From contig JBFLZG010000084.1 of NCBI GenBank assembly GCA_040756235.1, positions 42,316 through 106,315 on the forward strand: a stretch of DNA of 64,000 nt. Direction: 5' to 3'. The notes beneath the pieces are model-generated. The model was not told the DNA's origin. It did no database searches and was given only the letters and a program-made list of their open reading frames with translations. Of the stretch, positions 45,175-54,755 are shown piece by piece; the first letter of the stretch is position 1; each line of letters begins with the position of its first letter. The DNA comes from a bacterium (lineage in GTDB: Bacteria > Desulfobacterota > DSWW01). A program made the translations under genes and the position numbers.

Positions 45175-46930
45175 CCCGTCTCACCTCCGGCTGCAGAATG
45201 GGAAGCACGATGGTGAACGAGCTGCCCGCGCCTTCCATGCTCTGCACCTCGATCCGTCCGCCCATGGATTGGATGATGCTCAGGCTGATGCTCAGCCCCA
45301 GGCCGGTCCCTTTCCCCACTTCCTTGGTGGTGAAGAAGGGCCGAAAGATCTTCTCCATCTGCTCCGAGGTCATCCCGACTCCCGTGTCGGCAATCGTCAC
45401 CCGCACGCACTCGCTGTCGTGGTGGGTCTTCAAGGTGATCGTCCCCGATCGGCCCTGCAGAGCGTCTCCGGCGTTGTTGATCATGTTGAGCAGGACCTGC
45501 CGCATCTGCTCCGGGTCCAGCAGGATCTTCGGCAGGTGCGTGTCGTAGTCACGGACCAGCTCGATATCCGAGACTTCGAACTCCTTCTCGATGACGCCGC
45601 TCACCACATCCTCGAGAAGTTGGTTCACGTCGCACCGCATCATTCTCGGTTCGGTCTTGCGCGCCGACTTGAGCAGCTTCTGCGTGATGTCGCGTGCCCG
45701 ATAGACGGCAGCGTCGATCTGGTCCAACTCCGCGCGAATGTGATCCGGAGACCACTCCAGCCCGAACTGCGGGTCCAGCAGGTCCCGGATGACCCCGCTC
45801 TGGGAGGCGATGATCGCAAGAGGGTTGTTGATCTCGTGAGCCACGCCTGCGGCCAGCTCTCCCACGGACACCAGCTTGGCGGCATGCAGGAGCTGGGACT
45901 TGAGCTCCCGGCGCGCCGTCTCCACCCGCTCCGCCCTTCCCATGAGGCGGTCGGCCATGATCCAGTTGGCCGTGCCGAGGAGCAGGGCCAGGGCAAGGGT
46001 CGCGATGAGGATGATGTGCCGGACCCGGTACATCTCCGCAAAGGCGATGCGCAGCGGCTGCCGTACGACCAGCACCCAGGGGACCTCGTTCAGCCACGCG
46101 TAGGCGGCCAGGACCGTCCCGTTTCTGCCCGATACCTTGTGCGTGCCGGAGCCGGTCTGGCCGGGCGGGGAGTAGCCGCTCGGGGACAGCATCTCCCCCT
46201 CGTCCGGGTCCACGACCTGGTAGATCCCGTTGCGGTCGATCAAGGCCGACGAGACCCCTTTGCCCTTGGCGATGGTGCGCAGGAACAGGTAGAACTTGTC
46301 CGGGTCCAGGGTGGCGCGCATGGTGAAGGGCCTGCCGTCCAGCACCTGCCTGACCGCGATGGTGAAGTGCGGCTTGTGCCGGAATCCGAGGTAGATGCCG
46401 CTGATATAGTAGCTCTGCGCCTGCAGCGCCTGCACCCATTCCTCGCCGCTGTAGTCCTTGCCCTGGAGATAGCCGTAGGGGCCGGCATAGCCGATCTGAA
46501 TGCCCGAAGGATCGAGAAAGCCCACGTCCAGAAAGGTGTCGCTCATCTCCCTCAGGTACTGCAGGTAGCGCCGCATCTCGTCCGGTGAGGGCGAAAGGTT
46601 GAAGCCCGAGCTGCGGAACAGGTTGAAGATGTTCACCACCCGCTCCTGCAGGAAGAGGTCGACGGTGTTGCGCTGGCTCTCGGCCAGGGTGGTCAGGTGC
46701 AGCTCTCCGCTTCTCTTGAGCGTCAGATTGAACTGGAAGTGGAAGTAGACGGACAAGATCAGCAGCGGGACGATGAAGGCGATCAGAAAGAAGATCTTGA
46801 GCCGCAGCCGCAGCCGCCGGAAGTACTCCCGTGTGCCCGGGTGAGCGCCGGACGAATCGGCGGCCCACCCGCCCGCCGTATCATCGCCGTGCGGCCTGGG
46901 TGCAGGTGCAGGGAGCTCGGATGTGGCCAT
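45164..46930 (-). CDS. Sensor histidine kinase (Cache domain), paralog of 40432..42174
   Basis: AHEINNPL, NMINNA, DTGVG, FFTTK, GTGLGL. Confidence 0.92.
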   Translation of the reverse strand: MATSELPAPAPRPHGDDTAGGWAADSSGAHPGTREYFRRLRLRLKIFFLIAFIVPLLILSVYFHFQFNLTLKRSGELHLTTLAESQRNTVDLFLQERVVNIFNLFRSSGFNLSPSPDEMRRYLQYLREMSDTFLDVGFLDPSGIQIGYAGPYGYLQGKDYSGEEWVQALQAQSYYISGIYLGFRHKPHFTIAVRQVLDGRPFTMRATLDPDKFYLFLRTIAKGKGVSSALIDRNGIYQVVDPDEGEMLSPSGYSPPGQTGSGTHKVSGRNGTVLAAYAWLNEVPWVLVVRQPLRIAFAEMYRVRHIILIATLALALLLGTANWIMADRLMGRAERVETARRELKSQLLHAAKLVSVGELAAGVAHEINNPLAIIASQSGVIRDLLDPQFGLEWSPDHIRAELDQIDAAVYRARDITQKLLKSARKTEPRMMRCDVNQLLEDVVSGVIEKEFEVSDIELVRDYDTHLPKILLDPEQMRQVLLNMINNAGDALQGRSGTITLKTHHDSECVRVTIADTGVGMTSEQMEKIFRPFFTTKEVGKGTGLGLSISLSIIQSMGGRIEVQSMEGAGSSFTIVLPILQPEVRRDGG

Positions 46931-47028
46931 CGGTACGGCTTCCGTCTTCCGGGTGAAACGGCGGGGAAGGCGGGCAGGGAGACCCGGCGCAAACGCGTCC
47001 GCCGAACCCACCGCCCCGTCGCATGCGG

Positions 47029-47045
47029 AGCAATCGTTGTGCCAA
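47029..47045 (-). promoter_or_regulatory. Sigma54 promoter of the kinase/regulator operon
   Basis: Minus strand TTGGCACAACGATTGCT. Confidence 0.78.
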
Positions 47046-47143
47046 GGCCGGAGCGTCGTGCAGGGCGGGCGCGATTGCAGAAAAAGGCGTACGATTTGAG
47101 GCAGATGACTGTTTCGCCGGAGGGTAGAAGAGCGTCCGTCCGA

Positions 47144-47179
47144 TGACGGAGCCCTTTACACCTGTAAGGAATCCGGACA
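47144..47179. promoter_or_regulatory. Putative tandem enhancer boxes
   Basis: TGACGG-AGCCC-TTTACA-cc-TGTAAG-GAATC-CGGACA. Confidence 0.65.
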
Positions 47180-47211
47180 GGGTGGCAGGGTGGCGCGCCC
47201 GGCAACAAATA

Positions 47212-47403
47212 GAGCTTGTCCCACAAGCCCCAGCTCGAGAGCCTGTTCAAAAATGCCCAGATGCAAGGCGCGCGAAATCCCGAGGAATGAGGCGTACATT
47301 TCAGTACGCCGCAGTGACCCCGGCCTTCGCCGGGGCAGGCTCCCCCGCCTCCATGCCGCGCCATGAGCGCAACGCCGCAGATGGCCGTTTCTCACCAACC
47401 TCT
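47212..47403 (+). repeat. MITE-like repeat, copy 4
   Basis: Very similar to copy 1, with an added CCCCGGCCTTCGCCGGGG hairpin module. Confidence 0.85.
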
Positions 47404-47490
47404 GGGAGGAGAAGGGCCGGAGCGTTCTGAGCCCGAGACGATCGAGGCGAGATGCCCACCGCGCTCGTGCATTTCTGCTCTCGGTGGAGC

Positions 47491-48921
47491 TCAGTCCTTC
47501 TCGTCCGTTCCGGGGCTGACGAGCCCGCACTTCTCCATCCGGTCGTGCAGGGTGGGACGGGAGATGCCGAGGATCTTGGCAGCCCGGGAACGGTTGCCCC
47601 GCGTGAGCTCGAGCGCTTCGCCGATCAGGATGCGCGTCAGGCGATCGATGAAGTAGGAGAACAGATCCTGCCGGGCCCCGGCGGCCAGGTTTTCCCGCAC
47701 CCATTGCTTGAGGATCTTGTCGGCGGTCTCGTTGTTGCCCGAGGACTGGCCGCCGGCCCCCAGGACCGCCTTGGAGATGTCCTCCGGGCGGATCGGATAG
47801 CCCCTGCTGAAGATCAGCGCCTTCTGCAGCGCGTTGGCCAGCTCCCGGACGTTGCCCGGCCAGGGGTGGCCCTCGATCATGGACTTGGCCTCCTCGGTGA
47901 CGCCCGGGTTGTCGATCTCCATCTCCCTGGAGAAGCGGGCCAGGAAATAGTCGCTCAGGAGGGCCGCGTCGCCTTTGCGCTCGCGCAGAGGAGGAAGCTC
48001 GATCGTGACCACCTTGAGCCGGTAGTACAGGTCCTCCCGGAACCGGCCTTCGGCCAGGGAAGCCTCCAGGTCGCGATTGGTGGCAGCCAGGATGCGCACG
48101 TCCACCGGGATGGGTTCCCGGCCGCCGAGCCGTTCGATGCTCTTCTCCTGCAGGAGGCGCAGGATCTTGGCCTGGATGTTGAAAGGCATGTCGCCGATCT
48201 CGTCCAGGAACACGGTCCCGCCGTTGGCCTGCTCGATCTTGCCCACCCGGCGGCTGCTGGCGCCGGTGAAGGCGCCCTTCTCGTAGCCGAACAGCTCGCT
48301 CTCGAGCAGCGTCTCCGGGATGGCCACGCAGTTGATGACCAAGAACGGCTTGTGGGCCCTCAGGCTGTGGTGATAGAGGGCGCGGGCGACGAGCTCCTTG
48401 CCGGTGCCCGACTCACCCCGGATGAGCACCGTCGCGTCCGTAGGCGCCACCCGCCCGATCGCCTTGTAGATCTGCTGCATCGAGTCGCTGCGGCCGATGA
48501 GCGCGTCCGGCACCGCGGACTCCGGCACCACGTCCATCTCGACCCGGGAGCGCATGAAGCGGCCCGCTTCCAGGGCCTGCTCGATCTGGCGCAGGATGTC
48601 CGGGATCTCGAACGGCTTCAGAACGTAGTCGAAGGCCCCTCTCTTGGTCGCCTCGATGGCCGTTTCGGTGGTGCCGAAAGCGGTCATGATGATGACCGGC
48701 AGCTTCGGCTCGATCTGCCGCATGGCCTGGAAGGCCTCCAGCCCGCTCATGCCCGGCATGCGCACGTCCATGATCACCAGGTCGGGCACCGACCGCCGGA
48801 CCGCCTCCACGGCCTGCTCTCCGGTAGCCGCGGTATGGGTCTCGTAGCCTTCCTCGACGAGGAGCTTCTGAAAGCTCTGCCGCAACTGGTCGTCATCGTC
48901 CACGATGAGAATCGAGCTCAC
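47491..48921 (-). CDS. Sigma54-dependent response regulator (NtrC family: REC-AAA+-Fis HTH)
   Basis: GTG start with AGGAGG RBS; GESGTGKE, ESELFG, GAFTGA, FLDEIG, WPGNVREL, C-terminal HTH. Confidence 0.95.
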   Translation of the reverse strand: MSSILIVDDDDQLRQSFQKLLVEEGYETHTAATGEQAVEAVRRSVPDLVIMDVRMPGMSGLEAFQAMRQIEPKLPVIIMTAFGTTETAIEATKRGAFDYVLKPFEIPDILRQIEQALEAGRFMRSRVEMDVVPESAVPDALIGRSDSMQQIYKAIGRVAPTDATVLIRGESGTGKELVARALYHHSLRAHKPFLVINCVAIPETLLESELFGYEKGAFTGASSRRVGKIEQANGGTVFLDEIGDMPFNIQAKILRLLQEKSIERLGGREPIPVDVRILAATNRDLEASLAEGRFREDLYYRLKVVTIELPPLRERKGDAALLSDYFLARFSREMEIDNPGVTEEAKSMIEGHPWPGNVRELANALQKALIFSRGYPIRPEDISKAVLGAGGQSSGNNETADKILKQWVRENLAAGARQDLFSYFIDRLTRILIGEALELTRGNRSRAAKILGISRPTLHDRMEKCGLVSPGTDEKD

Positions 48922-50453
48922 ACTTCCTCCTTGTAGACCGGCAGCGTCATGTCGAAGGTGGCGCCCTTCGACTGCGATCCCCTCAGCTCGAGCCGCCCTC
49001 CGTGCTCCTCGACGATACGCAACGCGATCGCCAGCCCGAGGCCCGTGCCCTCTTCCTTGGTGCTGAAGAAAGGCTCCCAGACCTTTTCCCAGAGCTCCGC
49101 CGGTACCCCGGGGCCGGTATCGCTCACGCTCACGAGCACGACCCGGCCCATGTGCTCCGCAACGCCGTCGCTCTCCGCGATCGAAATACTGCCGCCTTCC
49201 TTCATGGCGTCGCACGCGTTGATCATCAGGTTGACCAGGACCTCCTTGATGGCCTCGGGGTCCACGTACACGTCCGGAAGCCACGGGCTCTGGCGCCGCT
49301 CGATGCGAACGCCCTGGACCTCGAACCTCTTCTGCAAGAGCTGCAGGCTCATGTCCACGACCTCTGAGATGCTGAACGGCTGCATCCGCAGCTTGGGCGG
49401 CCTGGAGAACTCGAGGAAATTCTTGACTACGTTGTCCAGGTGCCGCGTCTCCTGCGAGATCACGTCCAGGTCTTCCTTCTGGGCCGGCGAGAGCTGGAGC
49501 GACCTTTCCAACGAGAACAGCCGCATCTTGATGGAGGTCATGGGGTTCCGGATCGTGTGGGCGACCTCGGCCGCGAGCTTGCCCACCAGGGCCATCTTCT
49601 CGGACTGGACGAGCCGCTGGCGGCTCCGTTCGAGCTCGGTCTGGGTCAGGTTGCGATCCTCGATGAGGCCGTGCACCCGTCTGCTCAGGGCTGCGACCTC
49701 GTTTGCCGGCTCGCCGGGGGTCCGGGCGCGGTCCGTCTCGCGGGCCAGTTGGCGGATCGGGCCGAGGACCTGCTGCACCAGGATGCTCGTGAGAAGAGTG
49801 AACAGGACGAGCGCGACGGAGGTGGCCAGGACGGCGACGACTCGAAGCCGGCCGGCCTCCCGATCGCTTTGCTCATGTCGGAGCCGGATTCTCTGCTCGT
49901 GCACGCTCTTGTACCGCCCCATGAGATCCGTGATGCTGAAGAAGATCTGCCGAACCTGCTGATGCAGCTCCTCGCCCGCCTCCCGCTCCCCTGCCTTGTA
50001 AAGCCGGATGACCTCGTCCTTGCCGGCCACGTAACGGTCGTATTCCGCTTCGATACGGCGCAGGATCTCCTGCTCGGTCGGCTGGCCCGTCCTCTCGATG
50101 GCTCGGGAGAGCCGGTCCCCGAACGATCGCCGGTACTCCTGGAGCATGGAAAGCCAGTTGGGGTTTCCGTCGAGGAGGTAATAGGAGACGAACCCCTTCT
50201 GCTGCACGAGGTCGTTCTCCAGCTCCACCACGCCCTTCAACGAGGCGATGTCTCTCTCGATCAGGGAGGAGAAGAGCGCGCGCATCTGGTAGGTGTACCA
50301 GAACATGATGGCGCCCAACCCGAGGGTGATCAGCACCAGAGAGGCAATCAGGAGGTAGATACGGGTGCGCAGCCCGAGTCTTGTTCGGGACCGCACCGGT
50401 TGGGTGACTTCAACAGGCGGGGAGAGGCTTTCGGGGAAAAGACGGTCCGACAT
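48918..50453 (-). CDS. Sensor histidine kinase (four-helix-bundle sensor), likely cognate of the NtrC-type regulator
   Basis: 2 TM; AHTIRNP, NLMINA, DTGPG, GTGLGL; GTGA overlap with the regulator. Upstream TTGCCT-17-TATAGT at 50594-50622. Confidence 0.92.
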   Translation of the reverse strand: MSDRLFPESLSPPVEVTQPVRSRTRLGLRTRIYLLIASLVLITLGLGAIMFWYTYQMRALFSSLIERDIASLKGVVELENDLVQQKGFVSYYLLDGNPNWLSMLQEYRRSFGDRLSRAIERTGQPTEQEILRRIEAEYDRYVAGKDEVIRLYKAGEREAGEELHQQVRQIFFSITDLMGRYKSVHEQRIRLRHEQSDREAGRLRVVAVLATSVALVLFTLLTSILVQQVLGPIRQLARETDRARTPGEPANEVAALSRRVHGLIEDRNLTQTELERSRQRLVQSEKMALVGKLAAEVAHTIRNPMTSIKMRLFSLERSLQLSPAQKEDLDVISQETRHLDNVVKNFLEFSRPPKLRMQPFSISEVVDMSLQLLQKRFEVQGVRIERRQSPWLPDVYVDPEAIKEVLVNLMINACDAMKEGGSISIAESDGVAEHMGRVVLVSVSDTGPGVPAELWEKVWEPFFSTKEEGTGLGLAIALRIVEEHGGRLELRGSQSKGATFDMTLPVYKEEV

Positions 50454-50648
50454 GCTTCCGTGCGTCCTCGAATGGTTGCCGGTCGACCGCAGCCACGGCG
50501 TTGCCTGACCGCCGACCGCTTCGGAATCGCGCCCTCCCTTTCCCCCGCTCTTCCTGCGGACATGCCCGGCCGGCCTGATACGCCGCCCTCGGCACTATAA
50601 AGTATGACAGGGGCTTAGGCAAGACGGGGACGGGCAGGCCGCTGGATA

Positions 50649-50836
50649 GAGGCTGTCCCAAAACGCCCATCTGCGGCGTTGCGCTCATGGCGCGGCATGG
50701 AGGCGGGGGAGCCTGCCCCGGCGAAGGCCGGGGTCATTGCGGCGTACTGCCATGTACGCCGCATTCCTCGGGATTTCGCGCGCCTTGCATCTGGGCATTT
50801 TTGAACAGCCTCTGAATCGAGCCTGTTGGGACAGGC
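50649..50836 (-). repeat. MITE-like repeat, copy 5 (reverse orientation)
   Basis: Reverse complement of the copy-4 type, including the CCCCGG hairpin module. Confidence 0.85.
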
Positions 50837-50893
50837 CGCTGGATATGCCGCAGGCCGGCGGCTTTTCGCCGGCCGCGCGTTGGCCTTGCGGCC

Positions 50894-50930
50894 GGCCGGT
50901 ATTCTTTACAGCCTGGAAAGAAACCTGACA
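50894..50930. promoter_or_regulatory. Putative enhancer (bEBP) box
   Basis: TTTACA-gcc-TGGAAA-GAAAC-CTGACA, nearly identical to 32244-32269. Confidence 0.68.
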
Positions 50931-51014
50931 CGAACCCCTGTCCATGCGCGGTTCCGGCCGATCGGGACCGCGGGACTAGGGCGTTTTTCTGCAACCGGAC
51001 CTCGGCTCGGCCAC

Positions 51015-51030
51015 TGGCATAGGAGTTGCT
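51015..51030 (+). promoter_or_regulatory. Sigma54 promoter upstream of the RR-HK-hydrogenase cluster
   Basis: TGGCATAGGAGTTGCT. Confidence 0.75.
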
Positions 51031-51077
51031 AAACGTCGGGTGCAGCTGGTGGGGACTCGTCACCCAAGGAGGTTAGC

Positions 51078-51482
51078 ATGAGCGACAAAGGTGAAATCCT
51101 GCTGGTGGATGATGATCCGGATATCCTGGACTCTCTCAGAATCATCCTGGAGGGCAACGGCTACCGGATACGGACCGCCTCGAACGGTCGCGAAGCCAAG
51201 GCCGCTCTGGAAGAGAAGCTCCCCGATCTCATGATTCTCGACATCATGATGACGACCGACACCGAAGGCTTCGATCTGGCTTATGAGTTGAGGGACAACC
51301 CTGATTTCAAGAGCCTCCCGATCCTGATGCTCACCAGTTTCCTCGACAAGGTCCGCCAGGAAGGCCCGGGCCCGTTCGAGTTCATCCTGGGCGAGCAGTG
51401 GCCCGCTCACTGGCTGTTCGAGAAGCCGGTCGATCCCAAGAAGCTCCTTCTCAAGATCGAGGGAGTCCTGGCGGAGAAATGA
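51078..51482 (+). CDS. Single-domain response regulator
   Basis: AAGGAGG RBS; LLVDDD, ILDIMM, MLTS, KP. Confidence 0.92.
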   Translation: MSDKGEILLVDDDPDILDSLRIILEGNGYRIRTASNGREAKAALEEKLPDLMILDIMMTTDTEGFDLAYELRDNPDFKSLPILMLTSFLDKVRQEGPGPFEFILGEQWPAHWLFEKPVDPKKLLLKIEGVLAEK

Positions 51483-53623
51483 AGGGCAGGGCGGACCGAA
51501 TGGATCTCAACCCTCAGCATGCCGAAAGTGCTCGGCCCAACCTGCCGGGGGAGATCCATGAGCGCAGGCGGATCATTCTGCGGGAGCTCAAGGTCCGCGC
51601 TTTCTGGTTCATCCGGCTCCGCTGGCTGGTCCCGCCCGGCATCGTGGCTGCAACCGCGCTGGCGCGGTTCGCCGGGGCCGAGATCGCGGCCTGGCCGATC
51701 CTTGCAGTCGCGGCCTTGATCCTCGCGTACAACCTCGGGCTCTTCGCGTGGGGCCGCCGGTTCGGGCGGGACCCCTCCGAAGAGGCGGCTTCCCTGCGGC
51801 GCTTTGCCCGCTGGCAGGTCGGTCTCGATTACGGGGCCATGTTCCTGCTCATCCACTTGACCGGCGGAGCGGCGAGCCCACTCTTGTTCTTCTTCATCTT
51901 TCATATCATTTTCGCTTCCATCCTGCTGCCCTCCCGGTCCGCCTACGGCTTCTCGGCGCTCGCCGTGGCCGGCGTGGGCCTCCTCACGGGCGCCGAGTAC
52001 CTGGGCTGGATTCCGCATCACCCGCTCCACTTCCAGGGCAAGGGCATCGAGCTGCCGCAGCCGCTCTTCCACCTGATGGTTGCGTGGGGCTTCTTTGCCG
52101 CCACCGTCATCATCACCGCCTTTGCCACCAGCTCCATCATGCAGGTGCTGCGCAGGCGGATCGACGACCTGGTCGAGCTTTCCGAGACCGTTGCGGACCT
52201 CAACGACAAGCTCGGTACGCTCTACACAATGGTTCAGGCGATCGGCTCCGCCCAGAAGTTCGACCTGGTCCTCCAGACCGTGGTCCGGGAGCTGGCCTCG
52301 GTGATGGAGGTCAAGGGCATCTCGGTCAAGCTGCTCAGCGAGAACGGCAGGGTCCTGAGGTACGCCGCGGCCCATGGCCTGCCGGAGTCGATATTCAAAA
52401 ACCGCGTGGTGGAGGTCGCCAAGAGTCCCCTGAACCGCCGCATCATCGACGGCGAGCCGTTCATCACGGGACAGGTGACGCAGAAGGAGATGTTCCAGTT
52501 CGGAGAGGACCTGGCTGCCGCCCAGCTCCAGTCCGTGCTGTTCCTGCCGCTGACCGTGGAAGAGCGGGTGATCGGCATCCTGGGCGCCTACTGTGTTCGT
52601 CCCGACCGGTTCGGCAGCGAGGAGGTCGAGTTCTTTCGGCTGGCGGCCGGGCTGGTGGCCATCGCCCTGGAGAACGCCAAGGCTTACGAATCGATCGAAA
52701 GCCTGGTGAAGGAGCGGGCCTGGTTCACCATGCGGGTGGCCCACAACCTGAGGGCGCCGCTGGCCGCCATGAAGAGCATCCTGGACGTGGTCCAGGGCGG
52801 CTACCTGGGCGAGCTGAACGCCGACCAGCGCGAATACCTGCGGCGCCTCAACCGGCGGACCGACACGCTCCTGGCCACGATCAGCGAGCTGATGACCCTG
52901 GCCCGGAGCCGCAGCGAGAAGATCCGGGTGGCCGACGAGCCGGTCGATCTTCCCCTGATCGCCACCCGCATCGATCGCACCTTCCGCGACGAGGCTTCCG
53001 GCAAAGGGCTGGAATTCAAGATGACCGTGCCCGAGGAGCTGCCGGTCATCCGCGGCGACGCCGCCATGATCGAGCAGATGCTCGAGAACCTGGTCTCCAA
53101 CGCGATCAAGTACACCCCGGCGGGCGGCAAGGTCTCGGTCGCTTTCTCGAAAGGCGGCGGCAACGTGCGGATCGAAGTGGGCGACACCGGGATCGGAATA
53201 CCGAGCGCGGACCTTCCCAACCTGTTCCGCGAATTCTACCGCTCGGAGAGCGCCAAAGCCGTCGAAGCGCACGGGACCGGGCTCGGCCTGCCGATCGTCA
53301 AGGAGATCGTGGACAAGCACGGCGGCCGGATCATGGTGGAGAGCGAAGAGGGCCTCGGAACCATTTTCGTCGTCTGCCTGCCCATCGACCGGCGCGCAGG
53401 CCGGGGCGACGGCGCCGCGCTGGATGCCACCCCGGGTCAGGAAGAGGGCGGCCAGCTCTCGGGCCAGCCGGGCCGGTTGCATCGACCCCTCCTGTCCGTA
53501 TGCGCCCGGGCGGCGGTTGCGTTCGTGCGGGAAGCGGTCCGATCGGCCTCGGAGCAAGGCTGGATCCCGCCTTGGGCCGTCAGGAGGCGGCGCAAGGCGC
53601 GGCAGCCCGTGGCGGCGCAGTGA
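51479..53623 (+). CDS. Multi-TM GAF-domain sensor histidine kinase
   Basis: About 6 TM, GAF (LFLPL...IGILGAY...AIALENA), AHNLRAPL, NLVSNAIKY, DTGIG, GTGLGL. Confidence 0.9.
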   Translation: MKGRADRMDLNPQHAESARPNLPGEIHERRRIILRELKVRAFWFIRLRWLVPPGIVAATALARFAGAEIAAWPILAVAALILAYNLGLFAWGRRFGRDPSEEAASLRRFARWQVGLDYGAMFLLIHLTGGAASPLLFFFIFHIIFASILLPSRSAYGFSALAVAGVGLLTGAEYLGWIPHHPLHFQGKGIELPQPLFHLMVAWGFFAATVIITAFATSSIMQVLRRRIDDLVELSETVADLNDKLGTLYTMVQAIGSAQKFDLVLQTVVRELASVMEVKGISVKLLSENGRVLRYAAAHGLPESIFKNRVVEVAKSPLNRRIIDGEPFITGQVTQKEMFQFGEDLAAAQLQSVLFLPLTVEERVIGILGAYCVRPDRFGSEEVEFFRLAAGLVAIALENAKAYESIESLVKERAWFTMRVAHNLRAPLAAMKSILDVVQGGYLGELNADQREYLRRLNRRTDTLLATISELMTLARSRSEKIRVADEPVDLPLIATRIDRTFRDEASGKGLEFKMTVPEELPVIRGDAAMIEQMLENLVSNAIKYTPAGGKVSVAFSKGGGNVRIEVGDTGIGIPSADLPNLFREFYRSESAKAVEAHGTGLGLPIVKEIVDKHGGRIMVESEEGLGTIFVVCLPIDRRAGRGDGAALDATPGQEEGGQLSGQPGRLHRPLLSVCARAAVAFVREAVRSASEQGWIPPWAVRRRRKARQPVAAQ

Positions 53624-53691
53624 GAGGGTGTCGAAAAACACCCTCGAATGAGGCTCGCAAGGGAACAACAGCCCACAAAGGAGTTCGTGCG

Positions 53692-54162
53692 ATGACCCAG
53701 CAAGAAGAGCTCGACCTGGCCCCCCTGGAGGGGATCCTGAAGGAGTATCGGGGAAGGAAAGGCGCCGTGATTCCCGTGCTCCAACAAGCTCAGGAGATCT
53801 ACGGGTACCTGCCCCGGGAAGTCCTGAAGCGGATCGCAAAGGGCATGAGAGCTCCCCTGAGCCAGATCTACGGAGTCGTCACATTCTACTCTCAATTCTA
53901 CCTGACCCGCCGGGGACGGCACATCATCCGCCAGTGCGACGGAACGGCCTGCCACGTGCGCGGGGCGGCCAAGATCATCGACCGCATGGAGAAGGAGCTG
54001 GGAATCAAGACCGGCGAGACCACCCCCGACTACAAGGTCACGGCCGAGGTGGTCTATTGCCTCGGTTCCTGCGGGCTGGCGCCGGTGGCCGTTGTGGACG
54101 GAAACGTGACGGGCAAGCTGGTGCCCGAGAAGATGCTGTCCATCATTCGTGAACTGAAATAA
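53692..54162 (+). CDS. NuoE/HydC-like [2Fe-2S] subunit
   Basis: AAGGAG RBS; YGYLP, VVTFYSQF, CDGTAC...CLGSC. Confidence 0.93.
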   Translation: MTQQEELDLAPLEGILKEYRGRKGAVIPVLQQAQEIYGYLPREVLKRIAKGMRAPLSQIYGVVTFYSQFYLTRRGRHIIRQCDGTACHVRGAAKIIDRMEKELGIKTGETTPDYKVTAEVVYCLGSCGLAPVAVVDGNVTGKLVPEKMLSIIRELK

Positions 54163-54723
54163 GTGCGCGAGCTTTCGTTACACATTCTGGACGTCTTGCA
54201 GAACGCACGGGAGGCCGGGGCCGGCATGGTCGAGCTGGCGATCGAGGAGGACCTGCAGGGAGATCGGCTCCTCATCGACGTCAAGGACGACGGCCGCGGG
54301 ATGCAGGAGGAAACGGTGCGGAGAGTCCTGGATCCCTTCTATACCAGTCGCAAGACCCGCCACGTGGGTTTGGGGCTGCCGCTGCTGGCCGCCGCGGCCG
54401 AGCGCTGCGACGGCCGGCTCGAGATCGAGTCCGCGCCGGGACGAGGCACCCGGGTCCGGGCGGCCTTCCGCCACAGCCACGTGGACCGCGCTCCCCTGGG
54501 GAACATCGGGAGCACGCTGCTCTCCTTCCTCATGGGCGAGCCCACCTGCGATCTCGTTTACCTCCACCGGCGGAACGGCAGGACGTTCCGCCTGGATACG
54601 AGGGAGGTGCGCCGGGAGCTCGGACCGGTGCCGCTCTCCCACCCCATGGTGCGGGAATGGCTGGAGAGCACCATCGAAGAGGCAGAGAAGGACCTGACGC
54701 GCTCGGCGGCGGGATCCCCCTGA
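54163..54723 (+). CDS. Stand-alone HATPase-fold ATP-binding protein (hnd/hyd operon type)
   Basis: ELSLHILDVLQNA, DDGRGM, DPFYTS, VGLGLPL, HVDRAPLG. Confidence 0.85.
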   Translation: MRELSLHILDVLQNAREAGAGMVELAIEEDLQGDRLLIDVKDDGRGMQEETVRRVLDPFYTSRKTRHVGLGLPLLAAAAERCDGRLEIESAPGRGTRVRAAFRHSHVDRAPLGNIGSTLLSFLMGEPTCDLVYLHRRNGRTFRLDTREVRRELGPVPLSHPMVREWLESTIEEAEKDLTRSAAGSP

Positions 54724-54755
54724 AGACCGCACCCCGAGTCAAGGAGGCTTGAGCC

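Noticed and set aside
51748..53691. 804-aa ORF suggesting a long NuoE fusion
   Set aside because: The N-terminal part is an alternative frame of the kinase; NuoE starts at 53692 with its own RBS.
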